Assembly: GCA_000320545.1 (NCBI GenBank)
Contig: ADNK01000211.1
Coordinates: 1 to 39,268, forward strand
Length of the DNA stretch: 39,268 bases
Source: Bigelowiella natans CCMP2755
Lineage: Eukaryota > Protista > Cercozoa
Reading direction: 5' to 3'
How positions within the stretch are numbered: the first letter of the stretch is position 1; every line of letters begins with the position of its first letter. The notes below the pieces were generated by a model that saw only the letters and a list, made by a program, of their open reading frames with translations, did not search any database and was not told the DNA's origin. This document shows, piece after piece, positions 1 through 9,153 of this stretch. The position numbers and the translations under genes are program-made.

Positions 1-717
1 AATTATAAAAAAACTTTTCCCCGCCAGGGGCCAAAAACTTCCCTCCCCCCCCCCCCCCCCTTCTGCATTTCACCGATTCGGAAGCAGCAGCAGCAGTAGT
101 ACACAGGCAGCGACTGTTCCATAACCTGAGGCTGGATCTTGGAAGGGAAACAAAACCGCATGCATTGGTATATTTCTTGTGTGGCGACTCAGCAGAATAA
201 CATTCCCCCCCCCCCCCCTTCCCCCTTTCTTTTCCCCTTTTGAAAAAGAGGAAGAAAACCTGAGGCAAAGACAGGGGGTCTACTGGCGCCGAGCGCACTA
301 CCACTGGGCAGCTGCAACACAGCAATCAAAGAAACGATGTCAGATTTCCTACAACACCATCTATATATCACTCGGGGGAGAAACACACACACACAAAACA
401 GCAGTATCTTGCATCATACCCTACAGACATGTCGAACCACCACGGTTTATCAACCTTGAAGGGGGGAGGGGGGCGAGAAATGAGGAGGAAGTGAGTGAGG
501 AAGAGGGAGGAGGGAGGAGATGGAAAGAGAAGTGTGGTAGTAGCTGGTAGTTATTAGAAGCCACCCCTCCCCCCCCCCTTCTCTCTCTCTCACACACACA
601 TGCACACAAATCATACACACCATACACACTCCGCGCCACCTCCCCTGCTGCCACATCCACGCGCGTAATTACGTTGGCCTTAATATTGTAGGTTGTCCAG
701 CAGCGCGTCTCCCTGCC

Positions 718-748
<31 letters not shown>

Positions 749-909
749 GGAGGGGGAGGAATGGTGGAGGAGGGTGGTGATGAGACAGCAGAAGAAGAGG
801 AAGAATGGAAAATGGAAAATTGAATCTAAAATGAGCTCGAATGCGCTGTTGGGTACGTAAGGAAATGACCTAATTATGCGTGATAGGATGTGATCGTGTG
901 ATCGTGTGA

Positions 910-945
<36 letters not shown>

Positions 946-1698
946 CCCTCTCAGCTTGTCTTCGCTAATTTTGTATCCTCCCCCCTCCCCCTTGTCCTTC
1001 TTAATCCCGGGCCATTGTACTCACCGATGCACATGGTAGGGGGGGCCGACGGCAACACTCTAAACTGGAACTTGAGCTCGTAGTTGCCCACCTTTTCCAC
1101 GATAATGGAGATTCAGGAGAAAGAGGAAGGAGGAGGAGGAGGAGGAGGAAAAGAAACTGTATATCCGAAGCGAGATGACGACGAAAACAAATCTACTAGC
1201 AAGGTGCTTGTGCGCATTAGGTGAAACATTTTCACCACCGCCCCCCCCCCCCTCTCTTTCCTCCCTCCTCCACCCCAACCAATTGAAAGCTGGTGGTTTG
1301 CCCCTTTCTTTCTTTCTATTTGTTCTGCTACCTCAATCTTGTTGGAAGATCTAACAACAAATACAACAACAAATGTTCAATAGGAACCAGCACTCGAATA
1401 GAACGTTAATAGCATTTAATGAATTAAAAATTTAGTATTCTTAGTATAGATCTTCTTCTTCTTCCTCTCCTTTCTTTCTGGGATTTGCAATATCATCATC
1501 AACGACAACAACACACCCCGGTGGCCGCCACACGACGATGTTCTCCCTTTGAATGTCGCAGTGCCTTCTCACAGTTACCCTGCGCTTACTTTTTCCTGAA
1601 CCTGCCATATCAACGGGGGGAGGGGGGAGTGATGCGTGACTCACACAAATACAAACACATCCACGCAAGAAAGAGAAAGAGATGGGGAGGGGGGGGGG

Positions 1699-1740
<42 letters not shown>

Positions 1741-2366
1741 CGTGATTACAGCCATCCATTAACAAACCTCGACTTTCCCTCCACCTCGCATGTTCTATAG
1801 GGGGGAGTGCAGTAACAAAGCAGCAGACGAAGGGAGGGGTGAAGAAGTCAAGAGAGAGGAGGAAGAAAGGACATACGGCGGGTCATCAGAACACAAGAGT
1901 AGGAGAGCCACGAAGCAGTCATTTTTGGGAAAGAAACAAAGAAAAAGTGTCGGGCTTTGCTAGCTACATCACTCACCTTGTCCGACGAATTCCACAGTAA
2001 TCTTACGAGCGGAGCACTTCTTGTAGACGTTGACAGTCACAACGCCTTTACAGAATCGATCGTATTCAAATGCAACGTCAGCATGGTTAGCACACTTCAC
2101 TTCAGCGCAGGTATAATTGATTTACGAATTTGACGGTATCATCATCCCACAAAGCATGGACCACTGCTATAATTGACGTGGGTGATCTTCCTTTCCTCCC
2201 ATCCCTCCCCCTCCTCTGTCCTGATCACCTTGCACAATTTGGCCGGGCATTATTTCCTGAAAGTATTGCCATAGATGGAACATAGTTTAAGGCCCGCATT
2301 CAACACCACACATAGGGGCGGCTCCGATGAGCAGAAAGTGGTATTATACATTATATGTATATACAC

Positions 2367-2405
<39 letters not shown>

Positions 2406-3383
2406 CCTTTGTCTCCCCTCTGAGCGAGATTGCGCTGAAAGAAGAAAATCACGGCAAGAAAGTTAGAGCGCTGCTGCTGCTGCTATGCGTATTACTTTGC
2501 GGCATCACAATCGCACGAATTACATTCGCATGTTGGAGTGAGATTTCGCGGTAAGGAGTTGTGTCTTTTCATCCTGAATGATGCTATTGTAACCCGCAGC
2601 CCCAACCGTTCCCATATGATCCTGATGAGATATAGCCAAAAGCGAGAAGGTAAACGGACATGATAGTCGCAACCGGGTGGGAGAATCATCACCTTCTGCC
2701 CTGTTTGCGGTGGTTCAGAGGCCGGGACGATGAGCTGCATTGTCGGAACCACCATCATCAGGAATACACGCGGCAAAATAACAATGTCAAAAGTTTCTAG
2801 TGTGCCGCAATTGCCTCGGCGGTTGCGGTTATTAATCGGCAATACAACTTACATCTTAAACAGGAGAATGGAGGCGGAAAGTACACATTGCAAGACACCC
2901 ACCTCTTGGCCACACGCACCGCACTTGACCATCCCTGTGCCCGTGTTTAAAAAAAAAATACGTTACACAGCGGTGTCAATATTTGCTCTATTTTTCTCTG
3001 TTTCACCAGCGTTCGGCGGTAACTGAAGCGTAGCCCCGCAGGAGGTGCATTGAACCTGTGGTGTGCTTCACTGTCAGCTTGCCGCATTTAACAATAAGCT
3101 GCTTTTGCCTTCTTCTCATCTCACGAATGGACAGGTAGTTGCAAGACACTATGGGTATTAAAGGGGAGATGGCGACGTATTTACCAGCGATTGAGGGGAT
3201 TGGTATGCGTAGACGCCCCGAGGCTGCTGAGCAGGGATGTTTCCCGGTTGAGGCTGCTGCCCCTGCACAATCAACATGCATGTGTACCGTGAGTGCTCAT
3301 GTCCCAAAACGCCATGATGGAGAGGGGGAAAACAAGCGAAGAAGTGACCACACCGAGACCAGCTGCTTGTACTCGGTTTGCAT
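1..3383 (-). CDS. Alpha-arrestin (arrestin_N/arrestin_C) domain protein with N-terminal LSD1-type zinc finger; many short exons; 3' end probably runs off the window start
   Basis: Manual GT-AG splicing gives one phase-consistent frame: MQTEYKQL|GQQPQPGNIPAQQPRGVYAYQSPQSL|VQCTSCGATLQLPPNAG|MVKCGACGQE|LIVPASEPPQTGQK|DEKTQLLTAKSHSNMRI|AISLRGETK|EIMPGQIVQG|VVTVNVYKKCSARKITVEFVGQE|HARWRESRG|SGKSKRRVTVRRHCDIQRENIVVW...IVEKVGNYELKFQFRVLPSAPPTMCIG|RETRCWTTYNIKANV...WCCRKSDIVSLIAVLQLP. This matches arrestin_N motifs (PG.iv.G.V.v; G.yE..F.F.lp...Pp; Y.ikA.v). The start ATG at 3383 is inferred. Confidence 0.75.
909..944. repeat. (TAG)n microsatellite in intron
   Basis: Pure tagtagtag... run; bounds approximate. 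Confidence 0.9.
1701..1738. repeat. (GA)n microsatellite preceded by poly-G, intronic
   Basis: Visible directly; bounds approximate. Confidence 0.9.
2370..2402. repeat. (TA)n microsatellite, intronic
   Basis: Visible directly; similar tracts at ~10634-10666, ~16314-16352 and ~29421-29463. Confidence 0.9.
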
Positions 3384-3759
3384 GGTGCCGGGCTGCTACA
3401 CAGGGTCACAGATTGAAGTGGGGATGGGGACAGCTCTCGTGCCTCGACGGAAGGAGAAAAGACAGATCGAAAATCGAGAAATATCTCAGGGGATTGCACT
3501 ACCTGCGACATACCAACACCCATGTCGTTGGGGTGTAATCCCTTTCGGATTCCAACTTCTTTTTCCGACTACGACAAGCTTACGCTCGCTTGCTACAATG
3601 CAAGCTTGGCTCTGGTTTCAAAAGCTGCGCGTTGTCATCTCAGCTGGCGCAAATCTGACGAGTGCATGTTTGGTCGTGTGTGCTAACACTGGACGACGTG
3701 CATGCGCGCATGCGTCGATGCGCGGCATTACCTCATGGTCTAGGCTGTCTAGCTGTGCG

Positions 3760-3763
3760 TGCT
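3760..3763 (+). repeat. Left 4-bp target-site duplication (TGCT)
   Basis: TGCT directly precedes the left LTR and directly follows the right LTR (9480-9483). Confidence 0.85.
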
Positions 3764-4089
3764 TGTTGCGCGTAAGGTGTTCACAGGCCGAGGCGCTACG
3801 TGCACAAGTAGGCAGGGGGGGGGAAAGGCACGTTTGCTTCCTTTTGAAGAGTTGTGTTTATTTTTATTAAAGATTATATTTTTATTAAATCGTGCACTGC
3901 GTAATCATTCGCGAAGCTTTCGCGAATGCCGCCGCACGTGGGGCAGCACACTTCCGGTGTGCTGCCATGAGTCCCGCCGGAACCCACGTGCCTATGCTGT
4001 ATTAATATCTACGTTATCTATATTCTATATCCGCGACAACCCCTTTGTTGTCGCACGTGACTTGTGCCCGCGTAGTGGTACGCGCTACA
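3764..4089 (-). repeat. 3' LTR (326 bp)
   Basis: Identical by eye to 9154-9479; two AATAAA signals on the minus strand (~3863-3868 and ~3881-3886). Confidence 0.97.
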
Positions 4090-4097
4090 CCTCCCCC
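4090..4097 (-). other. Polypurine tract (GGGGGAGG) abutting the 3' LTR
   Basis: Minus strand reads ...GGAAGGAAGGAAGGAGCAACGTGACTT-GGGGGAGG|TGTAGCG. Confidence 0.8.
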
Positions 4098-4140
4098 AAG
4101 TCACGTTGCTCCTTCCTTCCTTCCTTATTCCCTTAGACCT

Positions 4141-7100
4141 TCATCGCTTTCGGAACTTCACCAACCACCAGGTAATAGATTCCTCTCTAACCTTATCTCC
4201 TTTGTCGCTTACCCAGAACTCACCTTCGTCCTTAGGTTCGTGTCCATACCAGCCCTCTGCATCAAGGTCCCCCAGGACCTTATACCAGTGCTCAAAGGGT
4301 AAGTCGGGAACAGCTAGGTAGAGTAGCTGATATTTTCCGTCCTTTATTTTCATAGCTACCCTCTCCATATTTCGTAATCCAGGGTAGCCTAGATAGACAA
4401 TCTTCATGCGCCAATCGTCGTTCACCCTGACCTTATTGTTTCCATATTCCACATCGAACTTAGGTCGGGGTCCTAAACAAGGCATTGCTCGCTCCCACAC
4501 AGTAGGGTTTACTTTAACATCCTCTAGGAGCTTCTCACCGATATCATAATTCTTTAGGTGACTGATGTGGCGCAAGGTGACCCTGTTCCCATCATAGATG
4601 TAGTACTGCTTCCTCCCCTTCCTCTCGGTAACCTTTGCAACGCCACCCCAGAAGGGGTCTTGTTTATTTCTCGATCTCAGATTTACCTTGGCCCTAACAT
4701 ACTGTCCTTCCTTTAGAACTCGGCCATCGTACGGGACCTTCTCGTCTTCGCTCTCGGTATCGTCGTCGTTGTCGTCGCCTTCTTCCCTCTCCTTATCCTT
4801 GATACCTCCCCCAGACGTGAAGGTGTCGTTTACTAACCCTTGTATCTTGTCTGGTGTGGTGCTATTTATCCTGCTTAGGTTGGCCAAGGTGCGGTGGAGT
4901 CGCTCTACCTTGGAGTTGGACTGGGCATAGTATACAGGTGAGGCATCAATATTAGGGTGTGGTAGCTGTAGAAGAGAGGTCTCATTATCCACATGTAACT
5001 TCTTTGGTATCTTGTTTATGCTAACTTCATCAGGGATAGCCTGGAGCTCAGACTCCCAGGTACGGTAGCAGTTAGTAAGCCTCTGCTTATATAAGCCTTT
5101 GTTCTTCTTAGCAACGTTGACCTTGATAATCTTTTTAACCCAGCACTTTCCAGTGGCCACATCAACGAAGGTAAGGTAGTGATAGCCATCGTACTTATAA
5201 ACATCAATTTGCACGATATCTAAGAAGTTCCTTGCTTTGATTTTCTTAGATGCACGGCTCTTGCTGGACTCCTTGGTGGCGACGCCTGCCGCCTTCAAGC
5301 TGGAGCACCTGCAGCCACGCAGGTATGTCCTTATCTCTTTTAGCTTGTAGGGCCAGTAGTAATGGTAGAGTAGAGCAGTGATATGGTTTTCTCCTACGTG
5401 TGCAGGTCCATGGGCGGTAAAGAGAAGGGCTCCCCTGGTCCGCCGTGGCACGTAGGTACGCCTAACATTATTAGTGTATACATATATCCTATCACTAAGT
5501 ACCTCATGCTTGTGTTTGTATTTATCCAGGTGTTCTTGAAGGTGCTGGAGCTCCTCTGGCTCAGGCAGGAAGTCGCCGTCCTCGAAGGTAATCGCGTTAA
5601 CCATAGGGGTGACCTGGGTAGGGACTTTCTTTTCGAACAGCCTGCTGAAATAGTCAGCAAGCTGCTTGTCTCCTGGTGCGTAGACCACTGTCCTCTTGTC
5701 CCTAAACTCTTCCGTGTCCGCCCTCATAGCTGCATACTCATCGTTAGGCGCTTCGAGCTTGCGGTCGATGCCTAGGAGGGGCTTGTGGTCAGTCATTAAG
5801 GTGAAGCTGGGCACCGACAGCAGGTAGTATCTTAGTTTCCTCTGCGCCTCAGTCATGGCTTTATACTCTCCTTTTGTAGGGCTGTACTTGGCCTCAGCTG
5901 CTGTGCAGGCCCTGCCCCACACCCGTATGATCTGCTGGTCTTGGGTAAGTACAGCAGCCATACCTAGCTTAGACCAGTCTGTCCATAGGGTAGCTGGTCT
6001 AGTAGTGTCTAGCTTAGCATTCAATAGGGTGTTGCTGCATAACTTTATTAGGTTATCGAAGTGGGCATCAAGGCCAGCCTTGGCCCACACCTTAGCGAAG
6101 CTGAGGCCTACAGAGTTCTCCTTCCGGTAAGCAGTAGTAAAAGCAGCTGCAGTCCTAGCGTAGGTAGGGGAGAACCTACGTAGTATCCAAGCTGCAGTCT
6201 GCAAGAATGACTTTAACTCCTTTGCATTCTTAGGTTTAGGGGCTTGCTGTAGTGCTGCTACTTTCTCGGGGTTTGGGGTGATGCGGCCTTGCTCCAGGTA
6301 ATATCCACACCACTTGATTCTTGTAGCTAGGAATGTACACTTCTGCAGTCTAATAGTAAAACCGAAGTGTGCAAACCTAATAAATATATTTTCCAGGAGG
6401 AAGATCTGAGCGACGACTGTGTTGGTACATATTATGTCATCATCCACATACACAAACACAAACACCCACAACACAGACGCCATCCCATCATGTGTGTATG
6501 CCCTGTAGTTCTGACTACTGAACGCATCCCCTGATATGCTTAGGCCGTAAGGGAATACGACGAAGTGCCACTTCCTGTGCCTGCTGGAGAACGCGGTAAT
6601 GGGGCGGGAGGTTTTGTGGATGGGTGTCTGCATGTATGATTCATTTTTATCTAGGGAAGAGTAGTATTTGTATCCTATGACGTGTTCAATAACGTCATCT
6701 ATCCTTGGTGTAGGTGTCTGGATCCTCTTTATTACTCGGTTGTGGCGGATGAAGTTGTGCGCCAGGCGGAAGAAAGGGTAAGTAGGTTTCTTAGCTAGCA
6801 CATGTCTCACGTTCCATGGTGAGTTGCTTGGCTCTATCTTCCCTTCCTTTGCCCATTCATTGATCTGCCACTCTATCTTTTCCCAGTCCGCTTCCGGTCG
6901 CCTATGTTCTGGGTCATTGATGATGCACTCTTCGTATCCCTTCTTTAGCTCGATCTTTACTGGGGTAAGCTTGCTGGAGGGCTTCGTCGTCGGCTTGGTG
7001 ATGTCAGAGTACTTCTCGTTTAATATTTTATTAATGTACTTTTTGCCTTTGTCGATATCCCAATCATCAGCTGGGGGGGTCTTGTCCAGTAGCTCCGTTA

Positions 7101-9114
7101 TCTGTCGGATGGTCTTGCCGGGGTTCTTCTTCCGTAGCTCGGTAGGTGTAGGTAGCTTGTTGTCCGCTAGGTCCATAAACTCTAACGCATTAACGCTTGA
7201 CTCAGAGGTCCACTCGTCAAGCCGTATCATGTTCTGGCTGATGGTCCTGCCTGACTTCTTTGGCAACTTAGCAAAGTATATCTTGTGATTGTAGAATGAT
7301 ATGATCCCCCCTAATTTTTCTAGGGCATCCTGTCCGAGGAGTAGTTCCATGGATAAAGTCATGGCTACTCGGGTCTTGATTTGGGTCTCCGCGTCGCTGC
7401 CAGGTATCTGTAGCTTTAGCATTAGCTCACCGACGGTCTTCATGGAAGAGCTTCCGTCTGCTTGAGCATATTTACGTTCTTTCTTAGTCACTTGATCCAA
7501 TAGTCCTAACCTTCTTACTGTGCTTAGGCTTATGAAGGACTTCGGCATGCTGCCACTATCCCAAAGGGCAGGTAGTTTCTTGTAGTCTCCGTAGCTGTCT
7601 TTAACTTTAACCTTGGTCATAGCAACTTTGATAGTCCTGTTAGCGTCTTCGTCATTAATGTTGCATACTCCTAAGTTCTTTATGTCGTCTAGGGTCATGG
7701 GCTTGTCTTGGTCCTGCGTTGCTGGTACTGCTGTCTTCGTCGGCGCCTGCTTAAGGTGATCTAATATTCCGTTTATCTGCTGCTGTATAGCATTGATACT
7801 GTTCTGCTTTTTGTTCTTATATTTATTGTTCTTCCCGTTGTTGCTGCCTTGCCATTTGCTGTTGTTATATCCTTGTCCTCTGCCTTTCTTTCTCTTTAAC
7901 TTCTCGTAGTGTTCGTTGAGCTGCCTGATCGTCATCCTGGGTCGTCCTTCTTTCCTGTCTCTGCAGTCTTTAGCGGTGTGTTTCCCTTTACGTGAGCAGT
8001 ATCCGCAACGTCGGTTACCTTCCCTGTCCTTGTACCAGTCTCGCTGCGGCTTAATAGCGTTAATGTTTCCTATGCCAGGTACCTTAGGGCTGGTAAACTT
8101 GCGGTCCTGCTCCTGCTCGCGTAGGGATATAGCCTGCACTGCTGCCTCCATCGTGGTGTAGCCTTTCTCCGTAACGTAAGTGGATTCCTTTATCTTTAAC
8201 TTGAACTCTTCAAACCTTGCCTGATCATCACCTGTGTTGTAATTAAAATCATGTAGTTCGTCGATCATATCCTGGAAGCGCGTGGCAAAGTCTCTAACAG
8301 GTTCTCTCTCATGCTGCATCATTGCTCTGTATTTTCTAATAGCCTGGGGTAGGGAGTTAGCATCCTGTTCATTTACAAAAGCCTTCATTATCGCCTCAAC
8401 GTCTCGTAGCCCACTAACTGTAGTGTGTATTTTCTCTAGCTGCCTGATCCGGGTCCTGCCTGTCTCGTAAAGGTCCATGGCTTGCTTTATTATAGCTAGC
8501 CATTTGAGCTTGTCGTTTTCGGTGGGGTTAGGGGTAAAGTCGCAGAGTATACTCCTAGCGTTCTTCCACCACCTCCTTGCCTCACCTCTTTTCCCGTTGT
8601 ATTTCGTTATCATAACCGGTGCTGTTTTAACAGACATGAACTGGGTGTTCCGCTGTACCGGCTGCTGCTGCTTGACGGTGCTCTGGGTCGTCCCCCGCGA
8701 GGCGCCCAGACCCCCGTCGTTCCTAAACAAAGCTGCCCACTCTGGAGGTAAGTCTGCTTCGTAATCCATGATGTCCTGCATGATAGCTGCCCAAACATCA
8801 TGTGTCTGATACTTGTATTCTATCGATACTTTCAGTTTGGCGTAGTTGCTCGCCCTGGGTCGCAAGGCTCGTAATGCCATTACGACCTTCTTGCTTTCGG
8901 CGGCCACGTCCTCGTCGTCCGCCTCGTAGAAGTTCTCCAGTGCCTCTGCTGCTGCATCTGCTTTCTTAATCCCGGGTGCTGGTCCCGGCGGTGCCTGTGG
9001 AGGTGTTCCTCCTCCTTCCTTAGCGTCCGTATCGCCCTTCCTTTCCTGTTTCTGCTCGTGCCCTTGCACGGCCTGCGAGCCAAAGTCCTGCTGTTCTTCT
9101 AGCTGCTGTGACAT
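4141..9114 (-). CDS. Single-ORF Gag-Pol polyprotein (1657 aa): Gag with Zn knuckle, aspartic protease, reverse transcriptase, RNase H, integrase, GPY/F-like module, extra C-terminal Dam-methyltransferase-like domain
   Basis: CGYCSRKGKHTAKDC (CCHC); LWDSGS (PR); SSLDKNESYMQ, FPYGL, YVDD (RT); TDWS..E..TDHKPL..ADYFSR (RH); H-X3-H..YYWP..CRC and QID..VDN..KVERLHRTL (IN); LKEGQYV..KQDPFWGG..HISHLKNY (GPY/F-like). Confidence 0.95.
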   Translation of the reverse strand: MSQQLEEQQDFGSQAVQGHEQKQERKGDTDAKEGGGTPPQAPPGPAPGIKKADAAAEALENFYEADDEDVAAESKKVVMALRALRPRASNYAKLKVSIEYKYQTHDVWAAIMQDIMDYEADLPPEWAALFRNDGGLGASRGTTQSTVKQQQPVQRNTQFMSVKTAPVMITKYNGKRGEARRWWKNARSILCDFTPNPTENDKLKWLAIIKQAMDLYETGRTRIRQLEKIHTTVSGLRDVEAIMKAFVNEQDANSLPQAIRKYRAMMQHEREPVRDFATRFQDMIDELHDFNYNTGDDQARFEEFKLKIKESTYVTEKGYTTMEAAVQAISLREQEQDRKFTSPKVPGIGNINAIKPQRDWYKDREGNRRCGYCSRKGKHTAKDCRDRKEGRPRMTIRQLNEHYEKLKRKKGRGQGYNNSKWQGSNNGKNNKYKNKKQNSINAIQQQINGILDHLKQAPTKTAVPATQDQDKPMTLDDIKNLGVCNINDEDANRTIKVAMTKVKVKDSYGDYKKLPALWDSGSMPKSFISLSTVRRLGLLDQVTKKERKYAQADGSSSMKTVGELMLKLQIPGSDAETQIKTRVAMTLSMELLLGQDALEKLGGIISFYNHKIYFAKLPKKSGRTISQNMIRLDEWTSESSVNALEFMDLADNKLPTPTELRKKNPGKTIRQITELLDKTPPADDWDIDKGKKYINKILNEKYSDITKPTTKPSSKLTPVKIELKKGYEECIINDPEHRRPEADWEKIEWQINEWAKEGKIEPSNSPWNVRHVLAKKPTYPFFRLAHNFIRHNRVIKRIQTPTPRIDDVIEHVIGYKYYSSLDKNESYMQTPIHKTSRPITAFSSRHRKWHFVVFPYGLSISGDAFSSQNYRAYTHDGMASVLWVFVFVYVDDDIICTNTVVAQIFLLENIFIRFAHFGFTIRLQKCTFLATRIKWCGYYLEQGRITPNPEKVAALQQAPKPKNAKELKSFLQTAAWILRRFSPTYARTAAAFTTAYRKENSVGLSFAKVWAKAGLDAHFDNLIKLCSNTLLNAKLDTTRPATLWTDWSKLGMAAVLTQDQQIIRVWGRACTAAEAKYSPTKGEYKAMTEAQRKLRYYLLSVPSFTLMTDHKPLLGIDRKLEAPNDEYAAMRADTEEFRDKRTVVYAPGDKQLADYFSRLFEKKVPTQVTPMVNAITFEDGDFLPEPEELQHLQEHLDKYKHKHEVLSDRIYVYTNNVRRTYVPRRTRGALLFTAHGPAHVGENHITALLYHYYWPYKLKEIRTYLRGCRCSSLKAAGVATKESSKSRASKKIKARNFLDIVQIDVYKYDGYHYLTFVDVATGKCWVKKIIKVNVAKKNKGLYKQRLTNCYRTWESELQAIPDEVSINKIPKKLHVDNETSLLQLPHPNIDASPVYYAQSNSKVERLHRTLANLSRINSTTPDKIQGLVNDTFTSGGGIKDKEREEGDDNDDDTESEDEKVPYDGRVLKEGQYVRAKVNLRSRNKQDPFWGGVAKVTERKGRKQYYIYDGNRVTLRHISHLKNYDIGEKLLEDVKVNPTVWERAMPCLGPRPKFDVEYGNNKVRVNDDWRMKIVYLGYPGLRNMERVAMKIKDGKYQLLYLAVPDLPFEHWYKVLGDLDAEGWYGHEPKDEGEFWVSDKGDKVREESITWWLVKFRKR

Positions 9115-9130
9115 TGTTAGTCAAATCGTT

Positions 9131-9148
9131 TCCCGTGTGTGGAAGCCA
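9131..9148 (-). other. Putative tRNA primer-binding site (TGGCTTCCACACACGGGA)
   Basis: Begins with TGG (complement of tRNA CCA) 5 nt downstream of the 5' LTR; the complement fits tRNA positions 59-76 (C61, G73). tRNA identity not determinable here. Confidence 0.6.
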
Positions 9149-9153
9149 AAGGT

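Noticed and set aside
3139-3870. 243-aa plus-strand ORF
   Set aside because: Antisense to the arrestin 5' exons, crosses the LTR boundary, no motifs; stop-codon scarcity is partly explained by low TpA
3759-4136. Near-identical 123-125-aa plus-strand ORFs at 3759 and 9137
   Set aside because: They are antisense read-throughs of the two LTR copies with non-ATG starts, not a duplicated gene
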